Source: a virus. From it: a stretch of DNA of 64,000 nucleotides. Positions 44,975-56,213 of this stretch are shown here, in pieces (the first letter of the stretch is position 1; each line of letters begins with the position of its first letter). The stretch covers positions 2,543 through 66,542 of the IMG/VR virus record IMGVR_UViG_3300010376_000035, one strand, 5' to 3'. The position numbers and the translations under genes were made by a program. The notes below the pieces were generated by a model, which saw nothing but the letters and a program-made list of their open reading frames with translations, made no database searches and had not been told where the DNA came from.

Positions 44975-47900
44975 TCACCTTATCTCCCACCACACGATGC
45001 TTCCATCGGCTGCATTCGTGCTCTGTACCTGAAAACTGGTGCCGGGAGTGATGTTTACCGTGTACGGCACTCCGCAACTGACGCAGTTGGAGTGCGAATA
45101 AAAGATGCGCGAGTCGGAACGCACATAAGCTGTGTTCACGGTTGCGGTGCCGCTGGCCAGCGTGACCTGGCCCTGATAGTTGGGAACGCGAGTCGGCAGG
45201 CTGGTGTAGAGATAGTTGGCGGCCACATTTGGGGGCACGAAACCATGCAGCAGTTGCTGCCGCCAGCGCATCACTTCCGCTTGAGAAATTCCGGCGCTCG
45301 CCGGAACGTATATCACGAAAGGTTCCCAATAATTCAGGGTCACGCCGCTGTTGCACCCCAGATAGACACGCATCTGCTGTCCTGCCGTACCATCGGACTG
45401 CAACACTTCCGCCACACCCACTACAACGTGCCACCAATCATCGACAAACTGCGAATCGTATGGACTGGTGCTGGCGTTGTTGCCGGTGGTGATGCTAACC
45501 AAACCATTGGGCGGGCCGATAAAGTAATGGGAACTGGCGCCGTTTTCTATGGTCATCGCGCCCGCCCCCGTGCCCGTCGCGTTCTTGCCCTTGGTAGGCG
45601 TGTACGTCCACACTCCGAACAGGATCATGTCTCCCACCGCTGGAGTGAGTCCGATCAGAGGCCCGACATTGACGGACGATCCTCCAACTGGCCCGTTAAG
45701 CGATGCTGCGGTAGCCGTACCGTCTGGCGCTTCTGCCGTAGAGGACGCCAGGGTACAGGTAGCCAGCGGCCATGTCGTGGGGTTGGTCTTGATGTTTTGG
45801 GATGCATACGGCAGAACCGATGGAGCCATAGACGCACCGACTCCACGCAGTTCTGCTTCCAGAGATTTGGCTTGAATGATCCCCGCCGGTCCCGTCGTAT
45901 TGTTTAGATCGTATTGCGCCCCGGCATTGGGCGGAGCAATGTTCATGATTGTTCCGCCCGCATAGTCGTTTTTAATGCAAGTGATGCCGCTCCCTTGCAC
46001 GGTGATACTCGACACCGAATCGGGAAAAAGGCTGGCCACTCCGCACTGTGTGACTCCGGCGGGGTTGTCCTGAAAACCGCTCTGCTTTATTTCCACCTGT
46101 TGCTGGTTGCCGCTCCAGTAACCAAGACTGTCGTCATACGTGACAATGCCCCGTGAGCACTGTTCACAGACAACCTTGTTGAGAAATGCGCCCGTGGCTC
46201 CATGATCCAGCTTTATAGCGTCAATCATCCATGTGTTGTCCAGATATAACGGCCCTGTTCCTCCGAAGATGGTATTGAACGCATTGTAGAGATGGATCGA
46301 CCACGGGTAACAGCTTGAACCAATGGAACCATCTTTGAAGTAGGTAAATGCCGCGCCTTGTATATCCATCGCCCATCCAGACAGACTCTGGCTGGCAAAC
46401 GCGGAGCAAGTGCCCGATGCCAACAGGCCGATATTATCCAGAACCGATTTGTAGGAGTTATTGCCAACCACCAGTTGCGGGCCTGACGCCACGATGTGAA
46501 GGTCTTTCAGCAACTGCCCAGCCCCGCCAGCATTTAACTCCATTCCCGCCCCGGAAAATTGCGCCGTGGACACATGAGGCCGATAGAATCGCGCCGTAAA
46601 TGTCGTGCTGGTATTGTCCGCAACCGGAACAGTTTCCGGCGAGTCTTCATTCAGCCCGGTGATGGTTCCGCCGCTACTGGTAGCGGTTGTGCCGCTGGGT
46701 ACGCTCCATACGAGAGTGTTGGCAACGTAATCGCCATTCACGATCTGCCATTGCCCCGCAGTTCCCCCCCACTGTCCATTGAACGAAGAGTCTGTAACTC
46801 CGGCAATCTTGATGCCGATATTCACCGGGATATGACAGTTTTCGCTGACCGCCTGGTTGGTTACAGTACTCGCCGCCGTCCCGGCGATGGTCAGGGAGGT
46901 GGTGCCGCCGCCGCTGAGGACGTAGGTGCGCAGGGGGGAAGTGGAAACCCCCGCGCCTATGATCGTGATCGCCGATCCATTGGAGATGGTGATTCCGGCA
47001 GGAATGGTAAGAGTGCTCTGGCCGGAAGTAATCGAGCCAGTGGTCGAGGGCATGGTTCCCGTGACCCGCGTAGTAGTGCGGCTTACCGTGGCAAGGTCGC
47101 ATACCTGATAATCGGCCACGCCCAGCACGGTTCCATTCGTTCCTGCCACGTTTCCAGTGAGGTTCGTGCTGCCGCCGTATATGTATCCATTAGCCGAAGG
47201 CGTAAGGGTTTGCAATATGCCCTGAATCCAGCCATTGACGGGCGTGATGGAGTACCCGGCATAATTGCCAACCATGCTGACTGCCGCACCGGATACGGCG
47301 GTAGTGGCGGCGGTGCCCAGCGTGATGCTAGTACCGGAGATGGCGCTGATGATGGATGTCAAAGTGCCGCCGGAAGTTCCTGCTCCAGCTACCGTAATCC
47401 TGTCGCCTTTGGCATATCCTGCCGCTGACGCCAAAACCAGCGTACTCATGGCCCCGGCAGTGATGGTTCCCGTCGTAGAGATGCACTGCCATAACACCGA
47501 ATTGGCTTGATTGAGGTCTTGATAGGTTGCGCCGGTCGTCGAAGAATTACAAGCTACCGGAACGGTTGCGGTAGGGTTTCCGGTTCCGTAATAGGTGGGA
47601 GCAATCGCCGTATTCAGAGTCCCACTTATTGGCGTGGTAAGAGGCCGCACATAGATTTCCGAAATGTCTCCGGGGGCTTGAAACTGTATCGGGCCGCTAC
47701 CGTTTTTGCCGATAAAGTTTATCGTCCCGGAGTTGGGCGGGATATTGAGCGTGGTTCCGGTGCGCAGAATACCCTGAATCTCAAAGGTGACGGGAGTGTG
47801 ACCGGCCCAGTTGAAAGCGGCGGGATTGTCCCAATAGCAAGCGGTTGCCAGAGTGCCTCCGCACACGATCAGCAACCGTCCGCCGGTAGCAGGAAGCGCA

Positions 47901-48613
47901 TTCCATGCTGCCGTCATCACGGCGGCATTATCAGTTGCGCCATCCGCCTTCAGCCCACCGGCAAACGTCTTATTGCGAAGATCGAGCGTCGGCGCGCCGC
48001 CGGATGCTATCGTCGGCGCTTGTAGCATCGTGCCCGCTGCAAGAGTGCCAGTCGCCGCGATGCCGCCATTGTTGTCGTAGGTGACTCCGTTCATCCCCCC
48101 GAAAAAGCCGCCGTTGTTGTACTGCATCTGCAAATTTGTCCCGCCGGGATTGTTGCCGGTCCCCATCGCAACGCACGTATTACCGGAAGGGTTGTAGACC
48201 ATCCCCGGTGTGCAACTGGAAGGCCACAGCATCTGGGTGCCGGGATTGATGTGGTTCACGCTATACGTGCATTGCTTGGTCGCGGGATCATAGACCATGC
48301 CCGTCGTAGCGCAACTGGCCGGATAGTTCACTTGGTTCGTCACGTTAATGCTGTTGATGTTGTTGGGGCATTCCCCCGCCGTGGCATCGTAGACCGCTCC
48401 CGGCGTATTGCAGCTAGTGGGCCAGGTCAGTTGCGTATTGGGGTCGATGTCGTTTAGATCCACGCAATCATTCGTGACCCAGTTATAGATTTTGCCGTCG
48501 CTGGTGCGGCAGCTCGCGGGCCAGCGGATCTGGGTGTGCGGGTTCACCTGGCCGTAAGCCGCAGCACTTACGGCAAGCAAAAAACTAAAAAATCTAATAC
48601 ACACAGAAGGCAT
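44975..48613 (-). CDS. Mirror: signal-peptide-bearing tailspike-like protein
   Basis: Identical to 15280..18918. Confidence 0.7.
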   Translation of the reverse strand: MPSVCIRFFSFLLAVSAAAYGQVNPHTQIRWPASCRTSDGKIYNWVTNDCVDLNDIDPNTQLTWPTSCNTPGAVYDATAGECPNNINSINVTNQVNYPASCATTGMVYDPATKQCTYSVNHINPGTQMLWPSSCTPGMVYNPSGNTCVAMGTGNNPGGTNLQMQYNNGGFFGGMNGVTYDNNGGIAATGTLAAGTMLQAPTIASGGAPTLDLRNKTFAGGLKADGATDNAAVMTAAWNALPATGGRLLIVCGGTLATACYWDNPAAFNWAGHTPVTFEIQGILRTGTTLNIPPNSGTINFIGKNGSGPIQFQAPGDISEIYVRPLTTPISGTLNTAIAPTYYGTGNPTATVPVACNSSTTGATYQDLNQANSVLWQCISTTGTITAGAMSTLVLASAAGYAKGDRITVAGAGTSGGTLTSIISAISGTSITLGTAATTAVSGAAVSMVGNYAGYSITPVNGWIQGILQTLTPSANGYIYGGSTNLTGNVAGTNGTVLGVADYQVCDLATVSRTTTRVTGTMPSTTGSITSGQSTLTIPAGITISNGSAITIIGAGVSTSPLRTYVLSGGGTTSLTIAGTAASTVTNQAVSENCHIPVNIGIKIAGVTDSSFNGQWGGTAGQWQIVNGDYVANTLVWSVPSGTTATSSGGTITGLNEDSPETVPVADNTSTTFTARFYRPHVSTAQFSGAGMELNAGGAGQLLKDLHIVASGPQLVVGNNSYKSVLDNIGLLASGTCSAFASQSLSGWAMDIQGAAFTYFKDGSIGSSCYPWSIHLYNAFNTIFGGTGPLYLDNTWMIDAIKLDHGATGAFLNKVVCEQCSRGIVTYDDSLGYWSGNQQQVEIKQSGFQDNPAGVTQCGVASLFPDSVSSITVQGSGITCIKNDYAGGTIMNIAPPNAGAQYDLNNTTGPAGIIQAKSLEAELRGVGASMAPSVLPYASQNIKTNPTTWPLATCTLASSTAEAPDGTATAASLNGPVGGSSVNVGPLIGLTPAVGDMILFGVWTYTPTKGKNATGTGAGAMTIENGASSHYFIGPPNGLVSITTGNNASTSPYDSQFVDDWWHVVVGVAEVLQSDGTAGQQMRVYLGCNSGVTLNYWEPFVIYVPASAGISQAEVMRWRQQLLHGFVPPNVAANYLYTSLPTRVPNYQGQVTLASGTATVNTAYVRSDSRIFYSHSNCVSCGVPYTVNITPGTSFQVQSTNAADGSIVWWEIR

Positions 48614-49160
48614 CGATGCGGTCCCCCAGCTCTGGGTTGAAATTTACGGTCACGATATTTCCGCTGATGGTGCATTGTGTGCCGTTCATGATGATCCCGT
48701 TGTAGGTCGCCGCCACGATCTTTCCTGGCGCCGTGAAGGTCTGATTGCCGCCGATAAGCGAACCGCTGCATTGCACGTATCGCAGCGCACTCAGCAGAAA
48801 TCCGTAGGGGGGGACATTGGGAACAAGATTGCTCAGATCGAAGCTGCCGCTGCCGGTCAGCACATAGGCGTTCGACTGCACCACGTTGCCCTGGCCGTCG
48901 AGCAGCGCGATGGTGTAATAGGTGCCGCTGGGCGTGATGGCATCATTGCCCCACAGGAGAGTGGAGAAAGAACCGTTGACGCTCTCGAGGTAGATCGGCC
49001 CGACTTTGGCCAGCATAGAAGTGCCGGCGATCTTGGGCAGGATGGGGCCGAAGCCGCAAAGGGCGATCGAAATCTTGCACGGATTCGCTGCGGATCCGAT
49101 GGGATTGCCGGCGAGATCCTGCAAAAGAGCAGTCAGCGTTATGCCCGGCGCTGCGGCCAC
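48594..49160 (-). CDS. Mirror: tail-fibre anchor-like protein
   Basis: Identical to 14733..15299. Confidence 0.55.
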   Translation of the reverse strand: MAAAPGITLTALLQDLAGNPIGSAANPCKISIALCGFGPILPKIAGTSMLAKVGPIYLESVNGSFSTLLWGNDAITPSGTYYTIALLDGQGNVVQSNAYVLTGSGSFDLSNLVPNVPPYGFLLSALRYVQCSGSLIGGNQTFTAPGKIVAATYNGIIMNGTQCTISGNIVTVNFNPELGDRIDAFCVY

Positions 49161-49200
49161 TGCGGCCTAATCCAGTCTTGTCCCCTGGTTTTAGGCAAAA

Positions 49201-49647
49201 TTACGTGTAAAACATCATAAGCCCCATGTTGGTTTTAAGGATATGGTTTTGATCGTTGGCAATGTTAATTAGAAACCAACTGGTGAGCGGCTGACTGGCG
49301 AACGCCCAGTAGCAGCAGTTTCCAATCGCTTCATCCAGTCCCGGCATGCGGTCGTGGCTGGGTTCCTTGTCCCAGTCGCGGCGGGAAAAATAAATGTCGT
49401 CAATGTCGCGCGCCAGGGTCTGAAAGTTGCGGTCGCTGGCGTCGATCGGGGCCGGCCGATGCAAATTGGCGCGGTATTTGTCGGCATTTTCTATAACTTT
49501 TATCCAGTCGCCCTCGTGCCATCCCTGGCGCACCCGGTTGCGGATGCACATGGCGATCGCCTTCATCTGGTCCGCGGACGCGCCCGGCCCGGCTTCGCGC
49601 GCCGCGAAAATGGCCAGGTAGGCGCGTTGTACGTCATTGATGGTCAT
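49201..49647 (-). CDS. Mirror: SleB-like cell-wall hydrolase
   Basis: Identical to 14246..14692. Confidence 0.7.
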   Translation of the reverse strand: MTINDVQRAYLAIFAAREAGPGASADQMKAIAMCIRNRVRQGWHEGDWIKVIENADKYRANLHRPAPIDASDRNFQTLARDIDDIYFSRRDWDKEPSHDRMPGLDEAIGNCCYWAFASQPLTSWFLINIANDQNHILKTNMGLMMFYT

Positions 49648-50705
49648 TACTGTACGGTTCCCTCCGCGTTTCTCAGCATGGCCAGCTGCTGGAGATACCA
49701 GGCCGCGGCTGGGCCGCTGGGCACGGGAAACGCCTTGTGCGCTTCCTTCTCGGTAATCGCCCTAGCGCGGATCATGGTCAAAAGCGCCGTTCGCCAGCCT
49801 AAAAACTTGGCCGCATAGACGGCGCCGTAGCGCGTGAAGGTCATAATCATCCACTCGGTCATGGCCGGCCACTGGAGCGTCCCCACGCGCAGGAATTCGG
49901 GCTCTTTCAGCTGCTCCTCCGCGCAGAGGTTCATTTGCAGCTGCATGGCCTCCTCGGCCATCTCGCCGGCCAGCCTCACTTTTCTCTCGGCCTCGGCATT
50001 CATGTGCAGCCGGCGCAACTGTTTGGCGGTGCGCAGCAGGGCCTCGCCTTCGCTGCGCAGGCGCTGGATCCTGAGGGGCCGGTCATCGATGACCTGTCTG
50101 CCGCCGGTCCACCTGGGATTATCCACGTAGAGCCCGATGCGCCCGCTCCTGGCCTCGGGGCTGGTTTTCACCACATGCTCTCCCAGCTTGATTCGTCCGT
50201 TGCCTACCACTTTGGCCAGGCGGTCATAGAACTGCATGGGGGTCATAATCCGGCCATAGCGCATCTTTTCGTTCTCGTCGCCCTCCCACCTCCCCTGGCC
50301 GTCCCAGCGCTGCGGCCTGGTGGACGCCACGGCCAGTTCCTGCATGGCCAGGTTGCGCTCGAGCGCCGCGTGAGGATCGGGAGGACTATAAACTTCTAGT
50401 TTCATCTTCTCGAGCGCCTCGATGACCCGCGGATGCCGGCCAATGAGGTTGAGCATTTCCGTAGAGCGAAACTCTTCCTCGGTGGCCGGCTGGCCGATGG
50501 CCACGCCGCTGGTCCCGGCTCCCAGCGCGATGCGCAGGCTGCGCATGGCATCGTCTATCTCGGGATCGGGCTCGGGATCCCACTTGCCTTCATCGATCTC
50601 TCGCGCGGCTTTCTTGATTTCCTGATCCGCCCAGTGTTCCTTTGGCTTCGACTTCTGGTGCGGCGGGATCACGATTTCCGGCATCTCTATTTTTTTGTCT
50701 GACAT
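49647..50705 (-). CDS. Mirror: hypothetical phage protein (352 aa)
   Basis: Identical to 13188..14246. Confidence 0.7.
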   Translation of the reverse strand: MSDKKIEMPEIVIPPHQKSKPKEHWADQEIKKAAREIDEGKWDPEPDPEIDDAMRSLRIALGAGTSGVAIGQPATEEEFRSTEMLNLIGRHPRVIEALEKMKLEVYSPPDPHAALERNLAMQELAVASTRPQRWDGQGRWEGDENEKMRYGRIMTPMQFYDRLAKVVGNGRIKLGEHVVKTSPEARSGRIGLYVDNPRWTGGRQVIDDRPLRIQRLRSEGEALLRTAKQLRRLHMNAEAERKVRLAGEMAEEAMQLQMNLCAEEQLKEPEFLRVGTLQWPAMTEWMIMTFTRYGAVYAAKFLGWRTALLTMIRARAITEKEAHKAFPVPSGPAAAWYLQQLAMLRNAEGTVQ

Positions 50706-50787
50706 CACAGGTGTCCCCTTTCTGAATGATGGTGCGGCCGCGGTTTCCTCCTCCCCCATGCGGCCATCAGTGCATGGAGCCATTTCA

Positions 50788-51048
50788 TCAATGCTTGTGC
50801 CTGGATGGCTCCCCTTCTTCGGTAGGAAAAGGCTTTTTGCCACTTTTTGCCTCTTCCGAACCGGACTTCGGATCGTGTTCGGACTTCTGATCGTCCTTGC
50901 CTGTCTGATCGGTCTTGCTCGTGGGCACGATGGCCTGCACACCATCGCCGCGCGGGCATGTGTAAACAGTGTCTTTTCCATCCTCGCTGGGGGTGGTCAC
51001 GCACTTGGCCCCGCAGCGGATGCAATACTCACCGAGAAGTGTTGGCAT
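50788..51048 (-). CDS. Mirror: Zn-ribbon protein (86 aa)
   Basis: Identical to 12845..13105. Confidence 0.6.
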   Translation of the reverse strand: MPTLLGEYCIRCGAKCVTTPSEDGKDTVYTCPRGDGVQAIVPTSKTDQTGKDDQKSEHDPKSGSEEAKSGKKPFPTEEGEPSRHKH

Positions 51049-53632
51049 TCGTTTCCTCCTGTTTAGGTTGTTCGTTTAGTTTTCTGACCATCTGAGCGAT
51101 GAACGGGCCATAGTTTTCCGGCTTGGCGCCGTACTCGACCGCATAGAGAATGTTTTTCGCGACTTGCGGATTCGAGAGCATGGCGTCCTGCACCCGGCGC
51201 GCAATGACCGGGACCGAATGCAGGGCCGCTTCCGCGGTTGCTGCCGCCATGGTCCCGCCGATGAAACCTCCACCGGCCCTGTACGCTCCTATGGCTGCGG
51301 TCGTGGCTACCGTATGTCTTAGAACCTTGCCGATCGCGCCCTGGGCCGTCGGTTCGGGTTTGAGGGCCAGCGGCCTCGAGGGCACATTGGGCACGGGTAC
51401 GCGCGCCGGCCGCTCGGGAGGCGCAGGCGGCTGATATTCCGGTGCCTTGAATTCCGGCGCTTTATAGGGCGCAGGGGGAACGAATTCCGGCGCTTTATAT
51501 TTGGGCGGCGCCACAAATTCCGGCTTTTGGTACGGTGCAGGGGGAACGTATTGCGGCGGCTCGTAGGGCGCAACCGGCTCCAGATACTTGGCTATGTTGA
51601 GAATGGCTTTGTTCATCTGGGCGCGGCCGTTGTTGGTGGACATCTTTTCAAAGACCGACTCGATTGTTCTAAGCCGGTCCTCGCCACCCATGGCTTCCGC
51701 GATAGCCGGTCGGCCGTGAGCGATTACCAGCTTCCCTAACTCGGCTGTGCCCACTCTGCCGTTGATCCCGCGCTGTGCCTGGCTCACAGCGCTACCGCCG
51801 GGGACGCCCATCAGCGATTTGTCTAATCCCTTGGCGATGTCGCCCATCACGTAGTATTGGCGCCAGCCGGAACGCACCGCAGACACATAATCCGGCCGCA
51901 CACTTTTAGTTTTGGAAATCAGGTCGTCCAGTTCGCCCAGCTTCTGTTTATAAGCCCGCACCGCCTCCGCATCGAGAGGATCGTTATGCATGTGCGTTTG
52001 CGCGGCTGCCACTTCTGCATTAAGATCGCGGAATTTGCCGCCGGTTTCCGAATCGATGGCATCCATCGAATCGTTGAGTGCGGTGCGGAATTCATCGCGC
52101 GCCGTGGTGTAATCGCCTACCCGGTTCAAAATTTCATTGGTGTTGATGCTGGTCAGCGGCCGGGTCGTACCGACTACGACCGGCGCCGCCCCGCCAGGCT
52201 GGGCCATGGTGACAGGCCGTCCCTGGCCCGCCTCTTCGACGGCGCGCAGATGCGGCTCGATCGCCTGACCCGCGGTTCGGCCGTAGGTCTGAGCAGCTTC
52301 GGCGCGCCCCGCTGCTGCTTCGGCCTGGGCCGCGGCCGTGGCTCTCTGGGTAGCCTGTTCTACCCGTTGCGCATGCTCGGCCTGGCCGGCTTCGACCGTG
52401 GCCGCATGGGTGGCCTTGGCCTGGCGCACCGTTTCGGCGTGGGCGGCTTCGCCAGCTGCCACTTCCTGCCCGTATGCGGTTCTGGCCTGGCGTACCGTTT
52501 CGGCGTGGGCGGCTTCGCCGGCTTCGACCGTGGCCGCGTGAGTGGCTTTGGCCTGGCGCACCTGTTCTGCATGAGTGGCCTTTCCAGCTTCCACTTCCTG
52601 GGCGTGGGCGGCCTTGGCCGGCTCCACCACCGTGGCCTCGTGCGCGGCTTCGCCCGCTTTCACCGTAGCCGCGTGGGTGGCCCTGGCTTGCATGTACTGC
52701 TCCCGGTTCTGCGCGTTCTGTTCAATGGCCGTTTGTCTGGCTTGCTGGGCCTGGGCAATCTGTTCGTCTGTCACCTGGCGGCCGGCTTTCTGCGCCTGCC
52801 GGGCTGCGGCCGCTTCCTGGCCCGCCTCCACGCCTTTGCCGAGAAGTGCGGCGCCGCCGGCCATAACCGGGGCAGCAAGGGCCGTGGTTCCGGCGGTAAT
52901 CAGGCCCGTTCTGGCCGCCTCTCCAATATCCCCGGTTTTCAAATAGGTCTGCCCAGCCGCTACCGTGCCCTGATTGGCGGAAGCGATGCCAATTTTCATC
53001 AACTTGGCCACCAGAGGGTACTTGTCGAGCATCTGCGCCAAGCCGGTGGCGAGTTTGAATTGTTCGGCAAACGGCAGCAGCTTCGCGCTTCTGCCCAGCA
53101 ATCCCAGCAACTCCTCACCAGAAGCGAATTCCCCCAGGGTCTCTCCGGTTGCGCCCATGCTCTGCTGAATGTTGGTGCTCTTGTGCGCGGCCAGCTGCCC
53201 CAATACATCGTTCGGTCCCGGCGGCCCTTCCTGATTAAAGCCGGGCATATATCGCCTCTCGGCCTCCATCATCGATCCCATCCCCATCAGCCGGCGGCCA
53301 CCTTCTACCGTCCTTGCCAGTTCACCCATCCCGCCCACGGCCTGGTGCATGAGGCTGAAGCCTGGAACCCAGTGCATCCAGTCGGGCTGACTGTCGATCG
53401 CCTCCAGCAGCCCATGAAAATCTTTAATTTTAGTTTCTGGCGCCGCGGCCGGCTGCCCGCCCGCGATGGGCGTAACGGGCGCTGGCTGCATAGATGGCGT
53501 GGGCGCCGCCCCGTTAAGCGGCCTCACCGTGCCGGGGACGACTGACGGGTTAGCCGTGGGCGCAGGCGATGACGCCGCGCCGTTAAGCGGCCTCACCGTG
53601 CCGGGGACGACTTGTAGACTGTCACCATTCAT
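51029..53632 (-). CDS. Mirror: ejection-like protein (867 aa)
   Basis: Identical to 10261..12864. Confidence 0.6.
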   Translation of the reverse strand: MNGDSLQVVPGTVRPLNGAASSPAPTANPSVVPGTVRPLNGAAPTPSMQPAPVTPIAGGQPAAAPETKIKDFHGLLEAIDSQPDWMHWVPGFSLMHQAVGGMGELARTVEGGRRLMGMGSMMEAERRYMPGFNQEGPPGPNDVLGQLAAHKSTNIQQSMGATGETLGEFASGEELLGLLGRSAKLLPFAEQFKLATGLAQMLDKYPLVAKLMKIGIASANQGTVAAGQTYLKTGDIGEAARTGLITAGTTALAAPVMAGGAALLGKGVEAGQEAAAARQAQKAGRQVTDEQIAQAQQARQTAIEQNAQNREQYMQARATHAATVKAGEAAHEATVVEPAKAAHAQEVEAGKATHAEQVRQAKATHAATVEAGEAAHAETVRQARTAYGQEVAAGEAAHAETVRQAKATHAATVEAGQAEHAQRVEQATQRATAAAQAEAAAGRAEAAQTYGRTAGQAIEPHLRAVEEAGQGRPVTMAQPGGAAPVVVGTTRPLTSINTNEILNRVGDYTTARDEFRTALNDSMDAIDSETGGKFRDLNAEVAAAQTHMHNDPLDAEAVRAYKQKLGELDDLISKTKSVRPDYVSAVRSGWRQYYVMGDIAKGLDKSLMGVPGGSAVSQAQRGINGRVGTAELGKLVIAHGRPAIAEAMGGEDRLRTIESVFEKMSTNNGRAQMNKAILNIAKYLEPVAPYEPPQYVPPAPYQKPEFVAPPKYKAPEFVPPAPYKAPEFKAPEYQPPAPPERPARVPVPNVPSRPLALKPEPTAQGAIGKVLRHTVATTAAIGAYRAGGGFIGGTMAAATAEAALHSVPVIARRVQDAMLSNPQVAKNILYAVEYGAKPENYGPFIAQMVRKLNEQPKQEETNANTSR

Positions 53633-55593
53633 TGCGGTGGCGCCAGGCCCATGTCCTTTCCTTGAGCATCCAGATAATGTTCTTTTCCGTCAGTCATTCG
53701 TCCTATGGATACAGCCCCGACAGGAGCTTGCGGCGCCTTGTTCTGAAGCGTGGAATAAACATCCTTGGGGTCGATCCCGAAATGCTGCAAAGCGTTCACA
53801 CCCTCCTGACTCAACAGATCCGGCACATGCTTGCCTATGGTTCGCGAGTATTTGAAGTCTGAGGACCGCAGGCGCACCGCGGCTGTATTCGCCATGGCCT
53901 TCATCACCGCCTGGCCCACGCCCAAGCTCACGTTTTCATCGAGCAGCTTCTGCCCTTCCTTGATGTCCTCGACCGTCAGGGCATGGTTGTTTTTAATTGA
54001 GGTTTCCCATTCGTTGCGCAGGGTCTTGAATTTCACCACAGCCGCCTGTATGTCAGCCGCGCGGTCCCCTCCCGTCATGGTTTCTAGTTTGTTGAGAGGA
54101 ATGTTCAGCAGTCTGGCGTCTTTATTGCGCAACCCATTGATCGCTTCCGACGCTTCCTGCGCATGGCCCAGAAACTTATCGAAGCTCTCGAGGCTGTTAG
54201 CCTCCTGCCCGTCGGTGTAGTCCTTGAGAAGTCCCTTGCGGTTCTGGTACTCAATCTCTCCCTGTTCCCGGTCATACGGATGACCGGTCTGGGCCAGGGA
54301 GAGTTCATCCGCGCGGTGCATCACAGCGTTATAGTTTTTCGCGCGCTTGTTCATCAGGCTCACTGCGGAACGGTGATCAATGAGGGCCTGGGCCTCGGAT
54401 TCGGTATCGCCTTGCTCGCCAGCGCCCTTGTCGCTCGCGGCATCGGCCTCCATATTGGCTTTGTGCGCCTCGGCCCACGTTTTGGCGGTTTCAGCTTTTT
54501 GCTGCTGGAGTTCGCCGGGCAGCATCTTGCTGCGTTTCTCCGTCTCGCTTTGGAGATTTTTCGTTTCGGCGTCTTTCTTTTTGAGATCCGCCTGGTCATT
54601 CAGGTATTTCTGTTTTGCGGCCGCCGCCGCGACATTCAGATCGGAGATTTCGCCCGCGGTCTGCCCGTCAGAGCCCTGGTGTTTCTCGATTTCATGGGTC
54701 GCGGGATTGAAATAATCAAAAGTCGTACCGGAGGGAACCATCTGTTTGCGCCAATCGGCATTGGGCATTTTCATAAACGTCACGCCCTGGTGGCCCTGCG
54801 CGTCGATGGTTGCCACAGGTTCGATGATGTGATTCTTCACGAAATTCTCGGCCAGGTTGGGATCGAGATGAAGGACTCCCGCCAGATCGCCGGGATGCTG
54901 CGCGACTCCCATGAATTCGCCGCCCATTCGGTGAAGGAATTCGATGTGATCCTGCGCGGCTTTGGCATCTTCCTCGTTCGCTGTGGTCTGAAGCCGCGCG
55001 GCCCTCCAGGCCTCCTCCATGGTTTTCATGCGCAGCATGGTCATGTTGGCGCGGTCGAGCATGTCGGTCTGAGCCTGTTTGTTTAGTTCCTCTTCGCGTG
55101 TCTTGTCCTGTTCGGCGGCCTGCTCCCCGACTTGTACGCCCGCCAGCGCGGCTTTGCCCATGTTGCCGGCGCCGCGGCCCGCGGCCAGACCTGCGGCCGC
55201 GCCTTTGAACATGCCGGCGCCGATTCGCGCCCACTGCTGGCCGCGGGAGAGATTGGGGTGATACACAAACTCGTTGCCGTCCTGATCGTGAAAGAGTTCC
55301 GGCCGGGTCGTTCCGGTCAGCGCATCCGCGATCTTGTCCATCACGCCCAGCAATCCGCCGCGCGAAGGACGCAGCACCAGCGGAACCTGGCCGCCGATGT
55401 AGGGATTCGCGGCTGCCGTGGAGGCGGGCTCGAGCCCCGCGGCCGCGGCTTGGTTGGGCGCCTGCGCCCTGGCCAGAGCCTGCTGCGCGGCTCCGTTGGC
55501 CGCGCCCGGCGGCTGCATCGGGCTGGGCGGCGCCGCGGCCTTGCCGGCATCCATCCAGCTGTTGGGGTCGGGGATCGGATTAGGATCTGGCAT
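53629..55593 (-). CDS. Mirror: ejection-like protein (654 aa)
   Basis: Identical to 8300..10264. Confidence 0.6.
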   Translation of the reverse strand: MPDPNPIPDPNSWMDAGKAAAPPSPMQPPGAANGAAQQALARAQAPNQAAAAGLEPASTAAANPYIGGQVPLVLRPSRGGLLGVMDKIADALTGTTRPELFHDQDGNEFVYHPNLSRGQQWARIGAGMFKGAAAGLAAGRGAGNMGKAALAGVQVGEQAAEQDKTREEELNKQAQTDMLDRANMTMLRMKTMEEAWRAARLQTTANEEDAKAAQDHIEFLHRMGGEFMGVAQHPGDLAGVLHLDPNLAENFVKNHIIEPVATIDAQGHQGVTFMKMPNADWRKQMVPSGTTFDYFNPATHEIEKHQGSDGQTAGEISDLNVAAAAAKQKYLNDQADLKKKDAETKNLQSETEKRSKMLPGELQQQKAETAKTWAEAHKANMEADAASDKGAGEQGDTESEAQALIDHRSAVSLMNKRAKNYNAVMHRADELSLAQTGHPYDREQGEIEYQNRKGLLKDYTDGQEANSLESFDKFLGHAQEASEAINGLRNKDARLLNIPLNKLETMTGGDRAADIQAAVVKFKTLRNEWETSIKNNHALTVEDIKEGQKLLDENVSLGVGQAVMKAMANTAAVRLRSSDFKYSRTIGKHVPDLLSQEGVNALQHFGIDPKDVYSTLQNKAPQAPVGAVSIGRMTDGKEHYLDAQGKDMGLAPPQ

Positions 55594-55596
55594 TGC

Positions 55597-56211
55597 TTAC
55601 CCCCACTTGTTGATTCCTGCCCCGGTAGCCATTCCCCCGATAGTTCCTGCGGCGCCAATGGCTGCATTGATCCAACTGTTCTGCTCCTGCGCGATCTGAT
55701 TGGCCGTGGTCGAGGCTGCGCTCCCCGCGCCGGTCGCCTGCTGCTCGTAGCCCAGCGGGTTCATGCCCGCGGCGATGTCCATGAGGCCGGTGCCGGCCTG
55801 CTGCCAGTTCGCGCGGCCCTGCGCGTAGTTGGCCTGGGTGACTCCCAATTCCTCGCGCGTCTTTTCCTGCGCAGAACTAAGCGCGGTATTAAGTTTTAGC
55901 TGGTCGGCGGCACCCGAACGCATCCCCGGTATTCCGCCTTGCGCGGCGATCTGCTGGTTCACCGCGCGCGCCGCATTGGCATAGTTCTGGCCGGTCCCCT
56001 CGATGATCTGCGTCTCGAATGCCTCTTTCTCGGCGGGCGCAAATCCTTCCTGCGAAGGACCCAGCGCGAAGATGCTTCCCAGCTGGTTGGCCATCGGCCC
56101 ATAGATCGCCTGTTGATGGCCGTACTCTTCCTGCATCATCTCGCGCGCCTGCTGGTAGGCGGCCATCTGTTCGCCCTGGATCGTATTTTGCTCTCCGGTT
56201 GCACCGCACAT
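55597..56211 (-). CDS. Mirror: pilot/ejection-like protein (204 aa)
   Basis: Identical to 7682..8296. Confidence 0.6.
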   Translation of the reverse strand: MCGATGEQNTIQGEQMAAYQQAREMMQEEYGHQQAIYGPMANQLGSIFALGPSQEGFAPAEKEAFETQIIEGTGQNYANAARAVNQQIAAQGGIPGMRSGAADQLKLNTALSSAQEKTREELGVTQANYAQGRANWQQAGTGLMDIAAGMNPLGYEQQATGAGSAASTTANQIAQEQNSWINAAIGAAGTIGGMATGAGINKWG

Positions 56212-56213
56212 GG